Shown: one piece after another, positions 1 to 16,905 of the stretch
Position numbering within the stretch: position 1 is the first letter of the stretch
Layout: each line of letters begins with the position of its first letter
The notes under the pieces: model-generated
Told to the model about the DNA's origin: nothing
The model's database searches: none
What the model saw: only the letters and a program-made list of their open reading frames with translations
Made by a program: the position numbers and the translations under genes
Assembly (NCBI RefSeq): GCF_009914755.1
Contig: NC_060927.1
Direction: 5' to 3' (one strand)
Length of the DNA stretch: 64,000 bases
From: the human T2T-CHM13v2.0 reference genome, Homo sapiens

Positions 1-705
1 TTTGTCTACTTTTGTAGCAAATGGTATGACAAAATGTATGTCTATGCTACTCTGTATATTGTAAGAGCAGGACTATATTCATAGTTGTCTGTCATATTTT
101 GCATCTTAATTTCTATTCTCCTTTCTCTTTAAGTCAGGAAGATGTCTCTAATACAGTCAAAATAAAACTCATTTAGAATTGGCCTGAAAAGTTATTCCCA
201 AATTTAACTGAAATAGTGAATTTAAAGAACTTTATAACTGATCACATATAACTCTTCCACAAAACTAAATTATTGTAACTTCATTCCTCAAATTAAGTTA
301 AATGAAAAAATATATATTAGAAAGCCCTGGGCAAGGAGTCAATGACTTTGGTATATCCTGCTTCCTGATTTAATCAGTTACTTTTTCCATGACCACAGGA
401 AAGTATTTCGAGTTCTGATTCTCTTTTTCTTTATCTTGAAAATATGATAAAAGGGATTATTGGATTGTTTGTGTCACACACAAGCAAGATGTCTAAGTAT
501 GTTGTTTACAAAGAGGACATAGTGGCAATGAATAAATTCATGGACTCTAGAAATTGAGGGAAGTAAGAGAGGTATTTTAAAGGCGTTAAAATGACACTTA
601 AATTTTAAAAGATTATTCTCCAAACAAATTTATTTTAATCAAAAGATTTTATTTTCTAACCTATAATTCTAATAATAAACAATAAGTAATATTTGGTCCT
701 GTACC

Positions 706-729
706 GTGTGTGTGTATGTGTGTGTGTGT
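706..729. repeat. (TG)n microsatellite
   Basis: gtgtgtgtgtatgtgtgtgtgtgt read directly. Confidence 0.9.
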
Positions 730-799
730 TCAATATTTAGGATTAATTTAGAGACAGAATATTTAAACACTCTTTCTAAGTGTCTTGAAAAATGGACCC

Positions 800-1290
800 T
801 GATACAACCCCTTGGGGGGATATTGTTTATGTGGGACCTGATCCAAGGAAGAGCAAATAAGGAAGTAGGAAAAGTGAGGCAGTGAAAGGAGAAAATATAA
901 TTATGGGTGAATTAACGCAAAGGTCACTTTTGTGACCACCTATAAATTTAATTCCACTGGAGACCCTTGAAGGAATAGTGCAGAGCACATTTCAGACTTG
1001 TTTCCTTGAGGATACATTTTTTGGGTAATATATCCACTAATGTCTACCTTTTACTGATTAAGCATTGACCATGGAGATGTGAAAACTCAGCACTTCCATA
1101 CTCTCTTCTTTGTGGTCTGAAGGACCCTCTATGGATCTGGAGAACACTCCCAGGCAGAGAAGCAGAGATGCAGGCTCTTGAGGAAGGAAGCCTTCAGCAT
1201 ACACATAAAAATTCCACTGCAGCTATAAAGAGCTTCCGGATGGGCAGAAAGGATACACATAGGGCGGGGAAACCACAGCATATGTTATAC
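800..1290 (-). mobile_element. Old ERVL LTR (LTR33-like), degenerate
   Basis: gatccaaggaagagc...aaagtgaggcagtgaaaggagaaa...ttccactggagacccttgaaggaatagtgcagagcacatttcagacttgt resembles the antisense LTR33 consensus as recalled; ends approximate. Confidence 0.5.
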
Positions 1291-3270
1291 AATTAAATGG
1301 ATAGCTGTATTTGCACTCTAATAATGAAAGTTAATGCAAGTATTATAAATTATGAGAATATAAAAATATAATTATATAATTTAGACATGGGAGAAAAGAA
1401 GAGGAAAATAATTTAAAACAATAAAAATGAATTTAAAATAACTAAAATATAGAATAAAAAACTGGGAGTTGGTTAGGTGGGAAAAAAAGGTAGAAGGCAA
1501 TGTATGTGCCCCATATTCTGTGCTTTTTCAGTCTGGGCTATCAGTACTTCTTTCTACAGTTGATGCATCCATAAATAGAGACATAAATGAATTATTTATC
1601 CTTATCATAGTAATTATGAGAAGAATTAAACTTGGAAATTTTAAACATGATTTCCTCTAGAGAGGTGGAGTGGAATTGAGAATTGTGAGCTGACAAAACA
1701 ATTTCTTACTCTTTTATATAATTATTTTCTAAACTCATGTATTTATATCGGATTGATTTTTTTTTTCTCAGAAAATTAAACTGCTAGGCATAGTGAGAGA
1801 AGTGAAGAGTATGAGATAACAGTGCATGATGATGACATAGTTTAAGCTTTAATATGGTCTCATGATTTTATAATACTAGGTCTTGTGTATGTCATAAAGG
1901 TTGTAGTCACTATTTCAAATATTTTCATGTAAAAATAATTAAAATTATTCTTAAATTAAGTGTTATTTTATAGAATATATTTGATATCAAAGAGTCATCA
2001 TAATTTAATTCATAAGCTTTGACTTCCTTCTGTTTTTACATCAATCATTTTAGGCTGAAAGTATTATTGTTTCAAACATTAGGTGGATCTACTGTACTGA
2101 AATTGGGACAGAAAACCAATTCTGTTTAAAGGTAAGAGCTATTTACCTTGGTGACACTGACACAATAATGAAATGGAAGGCAGTTGTCCCAATAATGACT
2201 CTTGATCAAACTTTATGTACAGTTTCCCAATAGGGCACATTTTATACTGTAGAATTCTTACAGAAAGAAAAAGCATTGAAGAGGCTGAGAACAGAGCAGC
2301 ACTGTTGGAATTTGTACTGACTACATGCTAGAAAATTACACACAGTAAGATTTAAATGGCTCATAGAACTTTTTCTGCTTCTTTCACACCTGCAATGTTA
2401 TTGTTTTTCTCTTGTGCAGTGGTGGCAGAAACACTATGTTTTTTAAAGTTATTAAGCAGATATTTATTTTAAAAATAAAATGTCAGATATTGTAGTAGTT
2501 GAAGACACTGAAATATTTTGATATTCGAAGTGATGGTTGAAACTAAGTAATTTCCTAAGTAACTTAGGAAAAGTCAATCCTTAAATTGACATTGTCATTA
2601 TTTAAATTCTGAAAATATTTCTTGATAATTTCCCCTTTTATAAAAAGTCAAAACAATAGAAGCAAGGCGGAATGGAAATCTATCCTTTCTCCCTCTCTCA
2701 TGCACCTCTATGATGTTCTTAGGTTAGGAGTCACTTCATTTTTAATTTTAAAATTATTACAAAGTTAACACAAGCATGCAGTTTTAAAAATATTAAGTGT
2801 TTCAGAAAAGTAAAATAATAAAATGTAATAGTATCCAATTCTACCACCGCCAACCCCACCTCTAACCCACAATCCAAATTTATAAATTGTTTATTAACTC
2901 TACTATTTGAAGTTTGATAATTCATTTAATTAACTTTATATCTACATTTATTTTTCAATCCTCTCCCAATATTTTCTTAGTTATATACTTTTTTCAGCTT
3001 TTTTTGGTCTTTCTAATTCTAAAATTTGTTTAAATCTCCATTTTCCTATCTATCCATCGTAAACTCATTACTCTAAACCTTGATTATCTACAAAAGGACA
3101 CAATTTCCACTCTTACTACTTTCTTGTTCAATCTTCCCTGCCCCTAAATTTTATCTGGTGTCCATTATATTTAACAATTATCATAGCCAAGATATTGACA
3201 TGCATGTGTATAATTAGTTTATCTATACAATTAATCTATGCTTTAACTATAATTTGATTTAAAAAATCAA

Positions 3271-4125
3271 TGTGATATGGTGACATAACAAGAAATATAT
3301 ATTTGATCTTCCTCTCTGGTTCTTGGCACAGAGTTTCTAAAATCTTTGTAACCTCAGGAGTGTTAAGATTGATAGGAGTGTAATTTTATATTCATAACAA
3401 GTCCCTTTTAATCACACCTGAGTTGGTGTCTGGAAGTTCCTAGATGACTTCAGGATGGGGCTGGTTGACAGAAAAAGCAATCATGTGATTAGAGGTTTGG
3501 AAATTTCAGCTCCATTCATGGGGGACTTCAGGGAGAAGAGAAATTCTGGGAGCTGCATTTATCACCTAAAGCCAATAATTTAACCAATCATGCCTAATTA
3601 TATAGTGCCTACATAAAAACCCTAAATGAAGGGATTCAGAGAGCTTTCACATTGGTGAAAGCATCCATGGGCTGAGAGAATGGCCCTAACTCTCTGGGAC
3701 AGAAGCTCCTGCCTTCAGGACCTTTCCAGACCTCTTCCTATCCGCCTCTTCATCTGGGTATTCTTCTGTATGCTTTATAATATCCTTGATTTTAAACCAT
3801 TCAATGTAAGCAAATTCTTTTTCTGCCTTTTATCAGCTGTTCTAATAAATTGTGAAACATAAGGAGGGTGACATGAAACTCCTAATGATGTGTAGCCAAT
3901 TGATCAAAAGTATGGATGGCCTGGACTTGTAATGGGCATCTGAAGCAGGAGCAGTCTTGTGAGACTGAGCCTTTATCCTGTGGGTTGTTACATGAACTCT
4001 GGATAGTTTGCATCAGAATTGAATTGAGTCTAGTTGGTTTCCAGTGAGTTCCAATAGTGGATGTTAATATGAGAAAACACCACACATTTCGTGTAAGAAG
4101 TTTTGTGAGTAGAAATGTATCATAG
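3271..4125 (+). mobile_element. MER21-family LTR
   Basis: Starts tgtgatatggtgacataacaagaaatatatatttgatct...cttggcacagagtttctaaaa; internal caggatggggctggttgacagaaaaagcaatcatgtgattagaggtttggaa and ctctgggacagaagctcctgccttcaggacctttccagacc are typical of MER21. Confidence 0.8.
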
Positions 4126-4744
4126 TAATAGTATTTGTCTCAAAAGTATGATTTGCTAGACTGGCTTTGAATCAAGGAAATGTGTTTTGGGAAGAGAAAT
4201 GATAAAAAGTCAGAAGATAATAGTTGGTTCCTGGATGAATACCTAGTCACCCATGGTATAAAACTGTAGCTGTACTGTAATCTGTTACTAAAAGTAAAAA
4301 TTATTGATTGAACTTAGAAGTGCTGGTAGACCTGGCTTTCATGTAGTTGGCTTATGGGATTTTTAAGAAAAAGTAAAATAGTAAGAAACATGTTAAACAT
4401 AAAATCCCTTTGTAATTGTTACCTGCGGTAGCTAAGGTGAATGATGCTAAAACAAGCTCAGATTTTGACCAGCCTAAACTTAAACCACTGGCCTCAAAGT
4501 TGACCACAAAGGAATAAATTATGCCAGGACAACAGAAAGTACCTCTAAGACCTCTAGTCACCACTAAGACAATCAAGGTGGCGGTGGTGGGTGGTGGTAT
4601 GAAGAAACTACCAAAACCAGGAGAGAAGAGTGTAAAAAATGTATCATTTTATAAACTAATATCATCAGCTTCTTTTTTGAAAGGAAAATTTATTAATGAA
4701 ATCTTTATTAAAATAAATTGTGATAGACTAATTTAAGGGAAATG
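4126..4744 (+). mobile_element. ERV internal (gag-like) remnant following the MER21 LTR
   Basis: Directly follows the LTR; decayed frames HPWYKTVAVL and PLRPLVTTK resemble the ERVL-type gag N-terminus. Confidence 0.5.
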
Positions 4745-5181
4745 TGTGTAAGCCCATTTCTGTTACTATAACTGAATACCTGAGAATGGGTAATCTATTA
4801 AAAAACTGAATATCCTTAAAGTTCTGGATGCTGGGAAATCCAACATCTAGAAGCTGCATCTGGTGAGGACCTTCTTGCCAGTGAGGACTCTGTGGAACCC
4901 CAAGGCAGTACAGGGAATCACAGAGTGAGGATGGTGAAGGTGAGAGCTTAGGTCTCTCGTCTTTTTTTTTATACAGCCACCTGTCCTAGTCCCACTCCCA
5001 TCACAGTCCATTAATTCAGTCACTTATTAATCTATTAATCAATGAATGGATTAATCTATTCATAAGAAATGAGCCCTGAGTGCCCAATTACCTCTTAAAG
5101 GCTCACTTCCCAATATTGTTACATTGGGGATTAAGTTTCAATATAAGTTTTGATGGAGCCAAACATTTAAAGCATTGGACA
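4745..5181 (-). mobile_element. MaLR solo LTR (MSTC/MSTD-like)
   Basis: gttctggatgctgggaaatccaacatc...catctggtgaggaccttcttgc...cattggggattaagtttcaatataagtttt matches antisense MST. Confidence 0.8.
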
Positions 5182-6907
5182 ATGTTTTTGGTTTTTAATG
5201 CTGCAGAGTAGAAGAGAATGCTTGGGTTGATAAACATCCTGTAGTTAGAGAAAATGATATTTGTGTGCTGTTTAGCCTATGACTTATTTTATTGAGTATT
5301 ATGCTTATAAAATTTGTTTAAGAGAGGAGACCAAGATGGCCAAGTGGAAGCAGCTGCAGTCCACAACACTCACAAAGAAGAACAAAAGCGTCGAGTGGGT
5401 ACAGCACCTTCAACCAAAATATCCAGGTACTTGTATTGGGACTGATCAGGGAAGCAACTCAACTATGGAGAATGAGGAAAAGCAGAGCAGGATGACAGCC
5501 CACCCAAGAGTGACACAGAGCCAAGGAAACACCCACTCCCAGCCAAGGAAGGTGGTAAGTAAATGAGCGACTCTGGGAAACCACACTTCTTCCATGGATC
5601 TTCACAAGCCTCAGATCAGGAGGTCCCCTTGTGAGCCCACACCACCAGGGCCTTGAGTCTGATACACAGAGCTGTATGGAGTCACGGCAGAGCATCTGCT
5701 CAGGCATGCACAGATACCCAGGAGCTTTACATACTCCTGGGATCCCTCACAAAGGTGACTGCAACTCAGGTAAGGTGGGACATCTGTACATACCCCTAGG
5801 AAGGGTGCCAAATCCAGGGAGCCAATCAGCATAGATCTGAGGTCCCCACGTCCATGGCACCTCACAAGATAAGACCCACAGGCTTGGAATTCCAACGAGC
5901 CACTGGCAACAAGTGGAACCTGCCTGAGGCAGGACAGAGCTCCCAATGTGGGGAGGGCGGGCCACCATCTTTGATGTTTGGTCCACTCTGTCGTTCCAGT
6001 ATGTGGCCTTTGGAGAGTCTAAATGTCCAGACAAGGAAGGGTCCCCCCAGCACAGCACAGCTGCTCTACCAGAACATAACCAGACTGCTTTTTTAAGTGG
6101 GACCCTATTCCATTCCTCCTGACTGCATAGGACCTCCAGGCCAGGGCCTCCAGCCATCCTCGCCTGCTCATATTCTACAGACAGAACTCTGATCTCTTCC
6201 TGGGACAGAGTATTTGGCAGAGGAGAGGGTCACCACCTTGCTTGTTTGGATGATGAAGCTCTTTTAGCCTGTAGATTTGGAGAGTCCAAGCTGATCAGGG
6301 CAGAGGTGGTTCCTCAGCATGGCATGGCTGTTTTGTTGAGGCACGGCCAGACTGCTTCTTTAAGTGGCACTCAGATCCTTTCCACTTTGCTGGATGGATC
6401 CTTTCAGCCAGGGCTTCTGGCTACCACAGCCCATATTCTATGGCCAACGGTTCTAATTTTTCCCTGGGATGGAGTGGCAAGGGGGTAGGGTGAACCATCA
6501 CCTTGGCTGTTTAGGGGTCTCAGCCAGTCCAGTCTATAGGCTTTTGAAAGCCCAAACCAATCAGTGACTGAAGGACTCCCCAACAAAACACAGCTGCTCT
6601 ACCAAAAAGCAGCCAGAATGCTTCTTTAAGCAGGACCTTAATCCCATTCTTTCTTACTGGGTGAGACCTCCCAACAGGGGTCTCCAGACACCTCCTGTGG
6701 GCACATTCAGGCTGGCAAAGGTAACTACCCCCTGGGATGGAGCTTCCAGAGGAAGGGGCAGGCTGCCATCTTTGCTGTTTCACAGGCCTCACTGGTGATA
6801 CCTCCAAGTACTAGAAAAATTGAGGCAACTAGAGTCTGGAGTAGACCCCCAAGAAACTGCAGCATTCCTACAGAAGAGTGGACAGAATGTTAAAAGAAAA
6901 AGAAACA

Positions 6908-7340
<433 letters not shown>

Positions 7341-9973
7341 TCAAAAATCCAGAGTGCCCACTTTCCTCCAAATGATCACAACACCTCTCCAGTAAGGGTT
7401 CCAAGCTGCAGTGAGGCTGAAATTGTTGAAATGACAAAAATGGGCTTCAGAATGTAGACAAAAAGGACTTTGCTGAGCTAAATCTTTGTTATGACCTGAA
7501 ATCATAACAAAGTTTTTTGGACCACACTGCAATCAAATTAGAAGTCAAGACTGCATGGAAATTGGACAAGCTGCTCCTGAACAACTCTTGGGTAAATAAT
7601 GAAATTAAGGCAGAAATCAATAAGTTTTTTGAAACTAATGAGGTCAAAGTTATAATATACCAAAATCATGGGATGCAGCTAAAACAGTGCTAAGAGGAAA
7701 ATTTATGGCACTAAATGCCCACATCAAAAAGCTAGAAAGATCTCAAATGAACAACATAAGATCACAACTAAAAGAACTAGAGAAACAAGAGCAAACAAAC
7801 CTCAAGCCTAGCAGCATACAAAAAAATAACTAACGTCAGAGCTGAACTGAAAGAGACTGACACACCAAAAAACCTTCAAAAGAATAAATGAATCCAGGAG
7901 CTTTTTAAAAAACAAGAATAATAATAAAATAGACAACTAGCTAGACCAATAAAGAAGAAAAGAGAGAAGATACAAATAAATACAATCAGAAATGAGTGAA
8001 ATATTATCACTGACCCCACAGAAATACAAACAACCAACAGAGAATAGTATACACACCTCTATGCACATAAACTAGGAAATCTAGAAGAAATGGATACATT
8101 CCTGGACACATACACCATCACAAGACTGAACCAGGAAGAAACCTCATCCCTGAATAGACAAATAATGAGTTCTGAAATTGAGGCAGTTATATAGCCTACC
8201 AACACAGCTGAATTCTACCAGAGGTACAAAGAAAATCTGGGTCCATTCCTACTGAAACTATTCCAAAAAATTGAAAAGGAGGGATTTCTGCATCACTCGT
8301 TCTATGAGGCCAGCATCATCCTGGTACCAAAACCTGGCAGAGATACAACAGCAAAAGAAAACTTCAGGCAATTCCCTTGATGAACATTAGTGCAAAAATC
8401 CTCAGCAAAATACTGGCAAACCAAATCCAGTAACACATCAAAAAGCTTATCCAACAGGATCAAGTAGAGACTTCAACCCCAGGATGCAAAGTTGGTTCAA
8501 CATACACAAATCAATAAATGTGATTCATCACATAAACAGAACTAAAGACAAAAACCACATGATTAGCTTAATAAATTCAGAAGAGGCTTTAGATAAAATT
8601 CAATATCGCTTCTTGTTAAAAACTCTCAGTTAACTAGGTATTGAAGAAACATATCTCACAATAATAAGAGCCATATATGACAAACCCACAACCACAGCCA
8701 ATATCATACTGAGTGGGCAAAAGCTGGAAGCATTCCCTGTGAAAACAGGCACAAGACAAAGATGACCTATCTTACCACTCCTATTCAACATATTATTGGA
8801 AGTTCTGGCCAGGGCAATCAGGCAAGAGAAAGAAATAAAGCATATTTAAATAGGAAGAGAGGAAGTCAAATTATCCCTGTTTGAAGATGACATGGTCCTA
8901 TATTTAGAAAACCCCATTGTTTCAGCCCCATAACTTTTTAAGCTAATAAGCAACTTCAGCAAAGCCTCAGGATACAAAATCAATGTGCAAAAATCACAAG
9001 CATTACTATACACCAACAACAGGCAAGTTGACAGCCAAATCACAAGTGAACTATCATTCATGATTGCTCCCGAAAGAATAAAATACCTAGGAATACAGCT
9101 AATGAGGGAAGTGAAGGAACTCTTCAAGGAGTACTAGAAACCACTACTCAAAGAAATCAGAGATGACACAAACAAATGGAAAAACATTCCATGCTCATGG
9201 ATAGGAAGAATCAACATTGTGAAAATGGACATATTACCCAAAGCAAGTTATAGATTCAATGCTATTCCCATTAAACTCCCATTGACATCCTTCACAGAAT
9301 TAGAAAAAACTATTCTAAAATTCATATAGAATCAAAGAGCCTGAATAGCCCAGGAAATCATAAGCAAAAAGAGCAAAGCTGAAGGCATCATGCCACCTGA
9401 CTTCAAACTGTACTACAGTGCTACAGTAACCAAAATAGCCTTGTACTGGAACAAGAACAGACACATAGACCAATGGAACAGAATAAAGAATGCAGAAATA
9501 AGACTGCACATCTGCAACCATCTGATCTTTGAGAGATCAAAACAAGCAGCAGGGAAAGGATTTTCTATTTAATAATTGGTGCTGGGAGAACTGACTAGCC
9601 ATATGCAGAATTTTGAAACTGGACCCCTTCCTTACACCATATACAAAAATCAATTCAAGATGAATTAAAGACTTAAATGTAAAACCCAAAAGTATAAAAA
9701 CCCTGGAAGAAAGCGTAGTCAATATCATTCAGGACATAGGCATGGGCAAATATTTCATAATGAAAATACCAAACACAGTTGCAACAAAAGCAAAAATTGG
9801 CAAATGGGATCTAACTAAACTAGAGAGCTTCTGCACAGCAAAATAAACTATCATCAGAGTGAACAGACAACCTACAGAATGGGAGAAAATTTTTGCAGTC
9901 TATCTATCTGACAAAGGTCTAATATCCAGAATCTATAAGGAACTTTAACAAATTTACAAGGAAAAAAAATTCC

Positions 9974-10335
9974 TGATAAGGTTTGGCTGTCTCTCCACCC
10001 AAATCACATCTTGAATTGTAGCTCCCGTAATTCCCTTGTGTTGTGGAAGAGACACAATGGGAGATAATTGAATCATGGGGGCAGTTTCATCCATACTGTT
10101 CTTGTGGTAGTGAATAAGTCTCATATGATCTGATGGTTTTATAAGGGGAAACCCCTTTTGCTTGGCTTCCATTCTTTTCTCTTGTCTGCCGCCATGTGAT
10201 TCATGCCTTTCGCCTTCCACCATGATTGTGAGGCCCCCACCCCAGCCACGTGGACTGTGAGTCCATTAAACCTCTTTCTTTTGTATATTTCCCAGTCTTG
10301 GGTATGTCTTCATCAGTAGCGTGAGAACTAATACA
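9974..10335 (+). mobile_element. THE1 (B/C-like) solo LTR inserted in L1 ORF2
   Basis: tgataaggtttggctgt...ccacccaaatc...ctaataca; L1 sequence resumes at caaccccattaaaaagtggg. Confidence 0.92.
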
Positions 10336-11419
10336 CAACCCCATTAAAAAGTGGGCAAAGAAGATGAACAGATACTTCTTAAAAGAAGGCGAAGCTGTGG
10401 AGAAAAAACCTGAAAAAAACCTCAACATCGCTGATCATTAAATAAATGCAAATCAAAACCACAATAAGATACCATCTCCTGCCAGTCAGAATGGTGATTA
10501 TTAAAAAGTCAAAAAGCAACAGATACTGGTGAGGTTGTAAAGAAAAAGAAGCACTTTTACATGGTTGGTGGGAGGGGAAATTAGTTCAGCCATTGTGGAA
10601 GACAGTGTGTTGATTCCTCAAAGACTTAGAACCAGAAATACCATTTGACCCAGCAATCTCATTACTGGGTGCATACCCAAAGGAATATAAGTCATTCTGT
10701 TATAAAGATGAGTGCACACTTATGTTCATTGCAACACCATTTACAGTAGCAAAGAAATGGAATCAACCTAAATGCCCATAAATGATAGACTGAATAAAGA
10801 AAAGGTGGTACATATATACTATGGAATACTATACAGTCATAAAAAAGAAGGAGATCATGTCCCTTGCAAGGACATGGGTGGAGTTGGAAGCCATTATCCC
10901 CAGCAGGAACAGAAAACCAAACACTTCATGTTCTCACTTATATGTGGGAGCTGAATTATAAGAACACATGGACAAATGGGGGGAAGCACACACTGAGGTG
11001 TGTCAGAAAGTGATTGGGTCGGGGAGGGAGAGCATCAGGAATAAAAGGTAATGGATGTGGAGCTTAATACCTATGTGATGGGTTGATCTGTGCAACAAAC
11101 CACTATAGCGTACGTTTGCCTATGTAACAAACTTGCACACCCTGCATATGTACCCCTGAACTTTAAATCACAGTTGAAGAAAAGAAGGAAAAAAAGAACC
11201 TGACCAGGTTGAATGGCAGCCTGAAAACCTAAGAGGCATTGCTCTGAGAGACATTTTGTTTTTATGACATGTTGATAAACTATTAATGGCCAAATGGAAC
11301 TCTAGTAATGTGCCAGTATCTTTTGACTCTTTTTTTTCAACCTACATCTACTACAAAGGATACCATTTAGGAAGGAAATTGTTAAACCTGCTTCCTACTG
11401 GGATTTCTATTCTTTTGGA

Positions 11420-11581
11420 GCCCTCCCCATGAATCTTTCAAAATCCTGTTATGAAAATATTGGCATTTTCTAGTGTGTACTTCAAAACTTTTTAGTCTCT
11501 ACCCATTCCCCAATTCCAAAGCTGCTTCCACATATTTAGGTATTTGTTAAGAGCAGCATCCCACTTATTGGTACCAATTTC
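11420..11581 (-). mobile_element. MaLR internal 5' leader fragment
   Basis: cttccacatatttaggtatttgttaagagcagcatcccacttattggtaccaattt is the MaLR-int start (antisense), abutting the LTR. Confidence 0.65.
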
Positions 11582-11956
11582 TGTCTTAGTTCTGGCTATC
11601 CAAGCAATTACCATACACTGGGTGGCTTAAACAATAGAAAATTATTTCTCACAGTTCTGGAGGCTGGAAAGTCCTATATTAAGGTGCTGACTGATTCAGT
11701 TTCTGATGAGAAAGCTTATCAAGGTGCTGACTGATTCAGTTTCTGATGAGAAAACTTTTTACGTGTGGCCATCTTTTTATTGTATCTTCACATGGTATAG
11801 AGCAGAGAGAGAGAGAAAGCAAGCTCTTTTGTTTCTCTTCTTATAAGAGCATTAATCCCATTCATGAGGGATTCATCTTCCTCATCTAGTTACCTCCCAG
11901 AGGTCTTACTTCCAAGTACCATCACACTGGGGGTCAGGCTTCAACATATGAATTTA

Positions 11957-14591
<2,635 letters not shown>

Positions 14592-16905
14592 TGAATTTAG
14601 AATGCAGGGACACAGACATTCAGTCTATAGTACTTGGTAATTTAGCTATATTTGTAAATGGAAGTCTAAATTAGGTAGATAAATATAGAATTGAGATTCC
14701 CCTGTCCTTGTATAGATCTATTTCCTAAACTGGTCCCCCCTTTAGGAACAGAACTAAATAACCATGTTGAGGTTACATCAATTGGCAACACCAGAATGTG
14801 TAGAGAAAGAGCAGAGAAATAAATTTGACATGAAAATGTAGTCCTTCAGTTAGCTACCCATAATTGTTTTCCATAATTCTATGGTCTACAAGGATTATGT
14901 AGCCTTGACATAATCTGGGGTCAAGGACAAGGTAATCAGTCAGTATTTAAAGTATTAAATTATTTTATTAATTGTATTAATTAAAAATATTTATTTTATA
15001 AATGTATTCATAACTAATGGATATTTTATTAGTTAATTTATTATTTTTTTTAGAGAACATGTATGAAAAAATGATAGTGCTACATAATCAATTTTTAGAA
15101 AGCCACTTCTATACTCACTTATATTTACACTCTTTACTCAGAGCTTAGGGCTTTTTTCCTAGGGAAGAATACTAATTTATCACTATTCTAAAAATTTGCA
15201 TTATTATTGCTTTATTATTCTTCCTCCATTTTTCCTAGGTCCTTTTTTAGCAGATACATTGTTTAATTAGAGGGAATTGGAAAGAAACAAATACTTAGTC
15301 AAACTGTAGTACTATACTCCTCCAATAACTTTTCAAGTTATTTTGATATTTTTAGGCCTAGAGAATTGTACTCTTTCACTAAATTGTGCAGTAAAGGGCA
15401 GAGAGATTCAGGATTTGAAAGAGAAGAGGCCGAGAAAGACCAGTTATAAAAAGAATTTGGATATTGGGGTTATTGCTTTAATGGGTGGCTAGCAGATGAG
15501 AAAACAGAAAATAGTTTATTCCTTCAAAATATCTTCAAAGTGATCATAAAATACATAGAATATTGTTTTCTTTATAGAGTTCCACACAGTTACATGTAGG
15601 TTTACCTGTACAATGAATACAGTCATGTAGAGGATATAATTCCATGGAGAAATGCTGTGTTGAAATTAAATTCTTCAAGTGTTCTATTTCTTGAACTATT
15701 TTTAAAAATTACTGAGGTTTCCAATTTATCGGCTATTTTCTATTTTTGCCTTCACTTTTGTCTTATGTAGACAAATATATTCTAAGTTCTCATAGATTTT
15801 TAGTTAATTCGTCAATTTCTTCTTTTAAAACTCTTGAGTAAGTCGTCATATACTTGTTTGATCCCATGACCATGACATTTTCTTCTTCATCGATGTCTGC
15901 AAACACAAAATATGGTTCCGTTTTTTTTAAATCACAGTATGTGCCAATACAAGTTTATTGTTCAGACCTAATTGAACTTATTTTTGTGGGGCTTCAGTCT
16001 ACGTTATTAAAGAATATTATTATCAATTAGTGTTATCTTCTTTCCCTTTTGAGGTCATTGGGAAAATCTGAGTAAACCCAGTGTGAGTTTGATGTGACAG
16101 TACTGTATACCATATCACAGTGGAACTTTCTGTTGCCCGGAAGTAAATGGAAAGCCTTGATGAACTTATAGAAAGGAGAAACATTCCTTTTCTTAATGTT
16201 AGAAAAATAACTCCATAGACTGAAATAGATATGGAAATAGAGTATAAGGAGGCAAAACTTGAAGCAGAAAACCCAAAGTGGGGCCTTTTTTAATGGGAGC
16301 TTATGGAACTAGGGGACCGTAATAACGGTGACACTTTTCATGCAAATGTGGCTGCAAGTTTCTAATAAAAAGAGACTGTTAAAAAGGGAAGCGCTTTGCC
16401 TTTATGGGGATTAGGAAACCTGTCATGAAGCTACTTTTTCTTAGTAAAAATCACTCTTCATATTTAATTACACAGTTGACTGGGGTGGTTTTGAGGATGT
16501 GAATACTGATGTACCCCTTCAAACTGCAATTTTGTTCCAGGATTCTATTCTCCCCTGTAGATTTCTTGGGATGATATTCTAGTTGGAAGGATATAGACCT
16601 GGATATTGTATGAGGGGTATAAACTTTCAGTTAACAATGGTGACTTTCTGTTATCTATTCAATTCCTCACCTGTTGAATAGCACTAATGCTATCTGGAGA
16701 AGGGATCTCAGTTTACGCAATGAGGTAGATTGGGCTAAAGGCAGTTTCATTCTACTGAGCAGTTTAAAAATGGCCGTGGGATACAGACGACCAATACTGT
16801 AACAGGTATAGTTATAGCTTCTCAGAAAGCCATTACTCACTCTTAAAATGGGCATTATGAAGTCAGATTCTGTCTTTCCATTGAATATGATAAAGGAAAC
16901 CTGTG

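Noticed and set aside
320-470. Possible MIR remnant
   Set aside because: Similarity too weak to support by eye
5279-6807. Dense cluster of overlapping ORFs
   Set aside because: Consequence of the GC-richer L1 5'UTR with few stop codons
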